In this document: positions 58,111-64,000 of the stretch, piece by piece
How the letters are laid out: the number at the start of each line of letters is the position of its first letter
Numbering within the stretch: the stretch's first letter is position 1
Virus record (IMG/VR): IMGVR_UViG_3300006155_000002
Direction: 5' to 3' (one strand)
Length of the DNA stretch: 64,000 nucleotides
DNA from: a virus
Taxonomy: Duplodnaviria > Caudoviricetes
The notes under the pieces: generated by a model
Told to the model about the DNA's origin: nothing
Database searches by the model: none
What the model saw: the letters and a program-made list of their open reading frames with translations, nothing else
Program-made: the position numbers and the translations under genes

Positions 58111-59861
58111 CAGAGTTGAACCCTGTCTGAAAACTCGGCTTTTTTGCCGCGATTGAAGTTATCCACACAGCGCAGATACCCAGTGATGCGCTGATACTTC
58201 TTGAGCCGTTGCTTGCAGTACGGACACTTATCCACTTTTTCTGGTATATATCCATGTTCGTCGCAGTAACGAGAGATCGGGGATAGGCTCATATACGGAA
58301 CCCGATAGTTCTCACACATTGCTTTGACGATGGCTTTTGCCTGCTCGCCAGTAATAGCGCCTTCTTCCCACACATGAATGACAGTTCCGCCTGTAAACTG
58401 CGTCTGAAGATCTTCCTGGTGCTTGAAGGTGCTATCGATACCATCAATCATGCTGACAGGAATGTGACAGCTATTCGTGTAATAGCAATCAAGTCCGCTG
58501 CCCTGAGTAATGATGTCAGGGTAGATTTTCCTGTCGGCCAACGCAAACCGGTAGCATGTCGATTCGGCCGGCGTTGCCTCGTAGTTATACAGGTGGCCGG
58601 TCTCCTCCTGATAAACCAGGAGCCGTGCCCTGATGTGGTTGCCAACATCAACACAGAACTGCTTGGCTTCAGGGTCAATAATGTTCTTCCCCATGAAATT
58701 TTCACACATTTCATTCATGCCGATGACGCCGATTGTTGAGAAGTGGTTGTTGATCGTACCAACATACTCCATATATGCCGGCAGCATGTGCGCGTCGATA
58801 ACCTCTTTCTGGAGCCAGTCCCGCTTGATTTCCAGACTATCTCTGGCGATGTCGAGATACTTATCCAAAGCGGCGTAAAAGCTTGCCTGATCGCCTTTGT
58901 TCTCATATCCAAGGCGAGGAAGATTCAGTGTAACAACGCCAATAGAGCCTGTTGAGTCTCCTGCTCCAAACAGGCCGCCATTTCTATGGCGAAGCTCAGA
59001 CAGATCGAGGCGCAGGCGGCAGCACATAGACCTCACGTCTGAGATATCCAAATCGCTGTTGATAAAGTTGGCAAAATACGGAGTCCCGTACTTCCCCGCC
59101 ATCTCCCACAGCATTTCATTGTTAGGATTATCCCAATCAAAACGTTCGTGGATATTATAAGTCGGAATAGGATATGCAAACAGCTTCCCGTCTGCATCAC
59201 CATTGAGCATAATCTCAAAGAATACTCTGTTGAGCATGTCCATTTCCTGCTGGCAGGAACCATAAGTGAAGCTTTGGAGTTTGCCGCCAACGATGACATA
59301 TTCGTCCAACATATCTTTTGGTGGTGTCAGGTCAAAGGTAATGTTGGAAAAAGCAGGTTCTGCTCCAGCCCGACTGTTCGAGTTAATGCTGAAAATAAAG
59401 TTCTGCATTGACTGCTTTACTTCGTCATACCCGATTTTGTCGCTTTTGATGAACGGAGCGAGCAACGTGTCAAATCCGTTCAAAGCAACAGCTCCCATGA
59501 TTTCGTTCTGGAAAATCGTAATCAGGTTTGCAATCTGATTAAGAACAGAGTCAAAGTGCTTTGCCGGAGCAGATGTTGGCACACTTGGTACATTACGAAC
59601 GCCTTTGAGCAGGATTTCCCTCAGAGAGTATCCAACGCAATAAAGTGTCAGTCCCCCAAGATCATGGATGTGGATATGTCCATCAACATATGCTTGCGAG
59701 ATGTATTCAGGGTAGACTTCGCGGAGCCAGTAGTCCTTGCTGACCTCTGCCGTAATGTACTTGTTCATTGCTCCAAAGCTGTATGGAGCATTTGAATTTT
59801 CCTTTACTCGCCAATCCTTTTTGTCCAGATAAGATTCAACAATATTTTTACTGCTTTTCAT
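58110..59861 (-). CDS. nrdD: Class III ribonucleotide reductase, no ATP cone
   Basis: HIHDL, SMCCRL, EATPAES, C-terminal Zn site, RITGYL glycyl-radical loop. Confidence 0.95.
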   Translation of the reverse strand: MKSSKNIVESYLDKKDWRVKENSNAPYSFGAMNKYITAEVSKDYWLREVYPEYISQAYVDGHIHIHDLGGLTLYCVGYSLREILLKGVRNVPSVPTSAPAKHFDSVLNQIANLITIFQNEIMGAVALNGFDTLLAPFIKSDKIGYDEVKQSMQNFIFSINSNSRAGAEPAFSNITFDLTPPKDMLDEYVIVGGKLQSFTYGSCQQEMDMLNRVFFEIMLNGDADGKLFAYPIPTYNIHERFDWDNPNNEMLWEMAGKYGTPYFANFINSDLDISDVRSMCCRLRLDLSELRHRNGGLFGAGDSTGSIGVVTLNLPRLGYENKGDQASFYAALDKYLDIARDSLEIKRDWLQKEVIDAHMLPAYMEYVGTINNHFSTIGVIGMNEMCENFMGKNIIDPEAKQFCVDVGNHIRARLLVYQEETGHLYNYEATPAESTCYRFALADRKIYPDIITQGSGLDCYYTNSCHIPVSMIDGIDSTFKHQEDLQTQFTGGTVIHVWEEGAITGEQAKAIVKAMCENYRVPYMSLSPISRYCDEHGYIPEKVDKCPYCKQRLKKYQRITGYLRCVDNFNRGKKAEFSDRVQL

Positions 59862-60069
59862 CTGATACCTCCCCGTATGTATTTGCCCAGTTAATTGCTG
59901 CGTTGTATTGAATCAACTCATCGCCCACACGCAATACTGGGACTTTTGTAATACCAAGAGAAAACATCTCATCGACGGAATTGTTCTCCACGTATGGAAT
60001 GTTCTTCTCATCCAGCAAGTCTTTTAGCGCCCGGCAATTCGGGCAGCCTGTGGTATACATTACGACCAC
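59848..60069 (-). CDS. Glutaredoxin/NrdH-like redoxin
   Basis: CPNC and KVPVL. Confidence 0.85.
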   Translation of the reverse strand: MVVMYTTGCPNCRALKDLLDEKNIPYVENNSVDEMFSLGITKVPVLRVGDELIQYNAAINWANTYGEVSDEKQ

Positions 60070-60077
60070 TGTATCAC

Positions 60078-60638
60078 CTACCCTTCGTTTGCAATTCGCC
60101 AGATCTCGTCATATGCTTCAACCCAGCTATTGACTCTTACGGCACCAACCATGCTTTCATCCAGATCCAAATTGTGCATGGCGCTCATAAGGATCTTCCT
60201 GTATGAACCGCCGTAAAGATTATGAATACCGTCATCAACAAGCACATCTCCAGCAATCAAATGCTTTCTACATGTGATGATGACGTCATCCCAAGTTAAG
60301 AATGGGAAGTATCGGAAAAGAACCTTCTCCATCTTAGCTTTGATGGTATGATAGGTAGAGGCGGTCACGATCAGAACGTCGTGACCATCCTCTTTCAGTT
60401 TCAAGAGAGTCTCTGCTGCTCCATCGATTGGTTCGACCCAATCCCAGAAATCGTCTTCCAATAGAGGCCCATATACCTGATCTTTGGTAAGTGTTGGATA
60501 TGCTTTAGATACATCCCATTGATTGACTGCTTCGTATGGAACGTTGAGTCCATATTTGTGGTTTAGATACTTTGACCACGCAAATGACAATTTCTCAATG
60601 CAGTCATCCATATCAACCAATACAGTTAATTTCCGCAT
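60078..60638 (-). CDS. 5'(3')-deoxyribonucleotidase (HAD, NT5C family)
   Basis: VDMDD, IVTAS, LVDDG. Confidence 0.85.
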   Translation of the reverse strand: MRKLTVLVDMDDCIEKLSFAWSKYLNHKYGLNVPYEAVNQWDVSKAYPTLTKDQVYGPLLEDDFWDWVEPIDGAAETLLKLKEDGHDVLIVTASTYHTIKAKMEKVLFRYFPFLTWDDVIITCRKHLIAGDVLVDDGIHNLYGGSYRKILMSAMHNLDLDESMVGAVRVNSWVEAYDEIWRIANEG

Positions 60639-60641
60639 TGG

Positions 60642-61061
60642 TTACTCCTTGCTGACGCTCATAATGTCGTCAAAAGTAATCTGATCTGGGTCAACTCCGT
60701 GAGAACTGAGGTAGTGTGGCATATCGTCAAACTGGGTCTGACCAAGTTCCTCATGGTGCATGATAGCGAGGATATTCCACGCCGCAGCAGCCAGATGGTC
60801 TTCGTCGTCCATACCCATGATGAACTTATCGAGGTGTCGCTTCGTCGAGTCTATGTAGCGGGAGAAAGGCATACCTTTTTCCCAATTACGATCCGCATAT
60901 TTGCGGCTTCCAGCCTCATACCACATGGCAAGACGGCGGATGCCGAACGGAGTAATGAGGTCGTAGCGACCCTTTCCGGTTGATGGTTCACGCATTGCGA
61001 GACCTTCGCCGTAAACCATGCGTTCTCCACCGTCGTTGATCTTTTCATCCGCATAACTCAT
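60642..61061 (-). CDS. dATP/dGTP diphosphohydrolase domain protein (DUF5664-like)
   Basis: GKGRYDLI...KYADRNWEKG...EDHLAAAAWN. Confidence 0.8.
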   Translation of the reverse strand: MSYADEKINDGGERMVYGEGLAMREPSTGKGRYDLITPFGIRRLAMWYEAGSRKYADRNWEKGMPFSRYIDSTKRHLDKFIMGMDDEDHLAAAAWNILAIMHHEELGQTQFDDMPHYLSSHGVDPDQITFDDIMSVSKE

Positions 61062-61067
61062 ATCGAA

Positions 61068-61745
61068 TTACTCCTTCCTCGGCATCAAGCCGCAGGTGTA
61101 TCGTTCCTTACAGAAGCCCATATACTTGCACTTCGGCACAAAATAATGTCCAACAACGTACTTCCACTCTTCGGAATAGTTGGACAGAGCATCACACAGA
61201 TCGTTGAACAGTTTCCGGTATTCATGATACGCCCTCTTACACATCCTCTGATGGGACATATCAATGAGGTTTCGCATGTTATGCTTACACACGATTTTGG
61301 TCGTCATACCAAGCGGAAGAGCAAGTGCTGAATCCTCTCGTGGTATCCCAAGTTCGTCAAGGTCTTTCAGACCATCTTCGATAGATGCCATGATATTTGC
61401 ATAGATATCGCCAGCAGTGGTATTCTCCCGAATGCTGAGCGGAGTTACAAAATCAAAGCCATGCTCATAGTCGATGTACCGTGTACTTGCCTGAAGGCGA
61501 GTTGGGGAACCGCCAATATGCGTATACCACTCACGAATAACGCGGGCAGAATACCCATCCAGAATCATATAGACATCCGGAAATTCGAATGTTCTCCCGT
61601 GCTCACTTTCAAGACAATCAATCCCGCGCTTGTAGTTTTTCTTGTCGTCACTGGTGTCTGCTCCCCAGCAGCATCCAGCTTCCTTTCCAATCATTGTGAT
61701 TGGGGTTTTGCTTGTAAATTCATCCTGAATAATGACTTTGCTCAT
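61068..61745 (-). CDS. thyX: Flavin-dependent thymidylate synthase
   Basis: HGRTFEF, QASTRY, LPLG, NMRNL...R; RHR signature divergent. Confidence 0.85.
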   Translation of the reverse strand: MSKVIIQDEFTSKTPITMIGKEAGCCWGADTSDDKKNYKRGIDCLESEHGRTFEFPDVYMILDGYSARVIREWYTHIGGSPTRLQASTRYIDYEHGFDFVTPLSIRENTTAGDIYANIMASIEDGLKDLDELGIPREDSALALPLGMTTKIVCKHNMRNLIDMSHQRMCKRAYHEYRKLFNDLCDALSNYSEEWKYVVGHYFVPKCKYMGFCKERYTCGLMPRKE

Positions 61746-61753
61746 ATGTATCC

Positions 61754-62362
61754 TCAACTTTCATATGGGGTTTCTAAGCTGTAATCCCATATTGAGAACT
61801 GACCTTTGTATGCGTTGCGGAAATGATTGTGTTCACCATCTCCAGAGAACCAAAGGTAATCGGGTGGCAATACTCTGCCAACGTTAACCTCGCCATTTTT
61901 CTCGTTGTTCCAACGGGTCAAAACGTCTTTTGCAAGCTGATACAGCGCATCATCAACCGGCCTGTCATTGTAATAGGCGAATTGATTCTTCGCTGTTACA
62001 ACCTCATAAATCGTTCCGCCGTATTCATCAACTCGATTCAGAACAGTCCACACGACACATGCTTTCTCTGTGTCGCTCGGAACCCCTCCGCATTCCTGAT
62101 ACATGAGTTTTGCGAGCATAACAATATCACTCTCATTGTAATACATCACATAAGGCGGTTTGGTCTGTTCCTTCTTAATCTCCGACTTGTTCGTGTGGGC
62201 AGAGATTATAGTTCTCTCTTCGAGTGTGCGCACCGTATTGGACGTCAAATGTACGGGGTCTACCATCTGCACATTTGGCTCCGGCTCCGGTATCGTGGTT
62301 AACCCACACGCCAAAAGCATAATTGCGGTGACAACAAAATATACGATTAAAGAACGCTTCAC
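61754..62362 (-). CDS. SleB-like cell wall hydrolase with N-terminal membrane anchor
   Basis: LAKLMYQEC...VLNRV...NQFA. Confidence 0.8.
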   Translation of the reverse strand: MKRSLIVYFVVTAIMLLACGLTTIPEPEPNVQMVDPVHLTSNTVRTLEERTIISAHTNKSEIKKEQTKPPYVMYYNESDIVMLAKLMYQECGGVPSDTEKACVVWTVLNRVDEYGGTIYEVVTAKNQFAYYNDRPVDDALYQLAKDVLTRWNNEKNGEVNVGRVLPPDYLWFSGDGEHNHFRNAYKGQFSIWDYSLETPYES

Positions 62363-62419
62363 TTATTTATACCTCCGTTATCTGGGCGGTAAAAAGGACG
62401 GCGCTTTAGCACCGCCCTC

Positions 62420-62707
62420 TTATACCGAATCCTCCCCGTATACGCGAACAAACGCCTGGTTTCCAAAGGCGATGCTGCATTCTCTATCAAGCCATTTCTG
62501 TTCGAACTGGCTGTATATGGGGATTACCCTGCTTAGCTTCACTTTAACTGGCTCCATTGCCTGCGCCGCTTCATATATGAGATTGATAAACTGCCTCTCA
62601 ATGATAATTCGCGGAGCTTCAATGGTTTGCCTTCGTGTGCCTCGTGTCGTAATGATATCGATGGCACAAGTGAATATCTCAAATTGATCCTGCATCGTCA
62701 TGACCAC
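62420..62707 (-). CDS. Hypothetical protein
   Basis: ORF co-oriented in the operon. Confidence 0.6.
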   Translation of the reverse strand: MVMTMQDQFEIFTCAIDIITTRGTRRQTIEAPRIIIERQFINLIYEAAQAMEPVKVKLSRVIPIYSQFEQKWLDRECSIAFGNQAFVRVYGEDSV

Positions 62708-63209
62708 TACCGCCTTTCAGAATATCAATGAAGCTGCCTTCATCAATATCCGTTGGCTCATCTATAGTAGCTGTTTTCTTAGCAGGTGGTTTCTTTTTCT
62801 TCGGTGCTGCATCCAGATTGAACGCCGCTTGATATACCGGATTCATAAACGGGTCAGCCCTTACTTGCCAGCCACTCGGAGTAGTGAATGGACTTACCGG
62901 GAACCATTCATCTGCGCCTGTGTCCGATGTACTTGAAAAATCAATACCGAGTTGTGGTTGAACGCCTCTGTTAGGAATCAGACACACCTTACCGGGCTCC
63001 ATACCAGGAGAAACCGAGATGGGTATACCCATATATCTCGCGGCATACCCTCTGCCACTCTCTACATCATCGTTGCTGACATAGATCATTCTGGTCTGTT
63101 CCCAGAGCTGTTGAAGCGTTTCCTGACTGCAGAGAATCTGCCCTGGCTCTCCACCCGTTCGTGACTGCATTTCCTCAATTATACGGCTAAGTTCTTCCGA
63201 AACATTCAT
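62679..63209 (-). CDS. Hypothetical protein
   Basis: GGAGG RBS before ATG 63209. Confidence 0.6.
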   Translation of the reverse strand: MNVSEELSRIIEEMQSRTGGEPGQILCSQETLQQLWEQTRMIYVSNDDVESGRGYAARYMGIPISVSPGMEPGKVCLIPNRGVQPQLGIDFSSTSDTGADEWFPVSPFTTPSGWQVRADPFMNPVYQAAFNLDAAPKKKKPPAKKTATIDEPTDIDEGSFIDILKGGSGHDDAGSI

Positions 63210-63421
63210 AACAGACCTCCATCCTCTACCGGCGAGATCTTGCACCTGGGAACTATGTAATCATTTATCAGCTTGTCGAAACAGTCGCAGCACAGATCAA
63301 GATCAATATAGCTGCCGTCGAACCCGCTTCCATAACCGACATAGCGGTGAAGACTGAAATCCTCCTGTGTATCAAACTCATCGAAATCTTTACCGCACAT
63401 ATTACAAACTCGCTTTAACAT
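63206..63421 (-). CDS. Small Zn-finger protein
   Basis: CNMCGK...DLCCDC. Confidence 0.7.
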   Translation of the reverse strand: MLKRVCNMCGKDFDEFDTQEDFSLHRYVGYGSGFDGSYIDLDLCCDCFDKLINDYIVPRCKISPVEDGGLL

Positions 63422-63444
63422 CTGCTTTCACCCCTTTCATAGCG

Positions 63445-63999
63445 CTATGCCGCAATCGTACTCCGCCACTCTTTCATGCTATGGCATATTTCTTCCCTCG
63501 CATATTCAGGGATATTTGCCGCCGCAATCAGACCAGCGAGGTCAGGACACACGGCGTTTCCGCACTTTTCCATTTGCTCAGACGATGTCATCTTCTTACC
63601 GTCCGCATCCACATCGAACACGTAATCCGGCGCAAAACCCATTGCCCTGTACGCTTCCTTCGCCTTCAGCATCCGCAGACCAATATCCACAATGTAATAC
63701 CAGTCTCCGTTAATGTACTTGAGCAGGACTTCATCATCCTTCATGCTGTAACCAGCCCATCTGTTTAGCATTTCTCTGACTTTTGTCCAGTTACCCATAT
63801 TGACACCGTCGGAATACCTTACTGCCTTTGTCTTGATGACGGCAAACTCACCGGCAGTAGTCGTAATTGTTTGAAGCGGATCTGACGGATGCTGACCGAT
63901 ATTGTCCCCTTTGAACTTACAGATATGAGCAAGCACAAGCCCCTCGCGGTCATGCGCCGTAACAGTATGCAGCGGCTCTTCAATATCCTGACCGTGTTC
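63445..63999 (-). CDS. C5 DNA cytosine methyltransferase, C-terminal part
   Basis: PLHTVTA/PLQTITT repeats, LRMLKAKEAYRAMGF (motif IX), GNAVCP (motif X); frame open to the window edge. Confidence 0.85.
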   Translation of the reverse strand, partial: EHGQDIEEPLHTVTAHDREGLVLAHICKFKGDNIGQHPSDPLQTITTTAGEFAVIKTKAVRYSDGVNMGNWTKVREMLNRWAGYSMKDDEVLLKYINGDWYYIVDIGLRMLKAKEAYRAMGFAPDYVFDVDADGKKMTSSEQMEKCGNAVCPDLAGLIAAANIPEYAREEICHSMKEWRSTIAA

Positions 64000-64000
64000 G

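Overview
A 64-kb piece of a large temperate siphophage of an anaerobic Bacillota host (Clostridia-like by inference), syntenic with the Bacillus SPbeta late region. There are no host genes. From left to right: a leftward arm (partial gene, ~0.9-kb hairpin-dense non-coding stretch, ECF-like sigma factor); a tyrosine recombinase; an SF2 helicase-like gene; a YonO-type single-subunit RNA polymerase; a phosphoesterase, a degenerate initiator-like tRNA(CAU) and HU; packaging, head and tail genes; a tail-fibre cluster ending in a diversity-generating retroelement (DGR); a second tyrosine recombinase; and a lysis cassette. A convergent leftward block follows, with a large serine integrase and candidate attP, dUTPase, class III RNR operon, ThyX and a partial DNA methyltransferase. 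The most unusual system is the DGR. It has no avd gene, its RT reads YMDN instead of YxDD, and 12 of 25 TR/VR mismatches are at non-adenine template positions. An inverted orphan copy of its IMH/hairpin homing signal sits just beyond the tyrosine recombinase, bracketing the TR-RT-recombinase block. Other leads are a candidate large ncRNA behind a repeated putative phage-sigma promoter, a phage FTR-NrdH-NrdD electron route, a TerL-fragment paralogue and internal start sites in the endolysin. All calls come from motifs read by eye; no searches were run.
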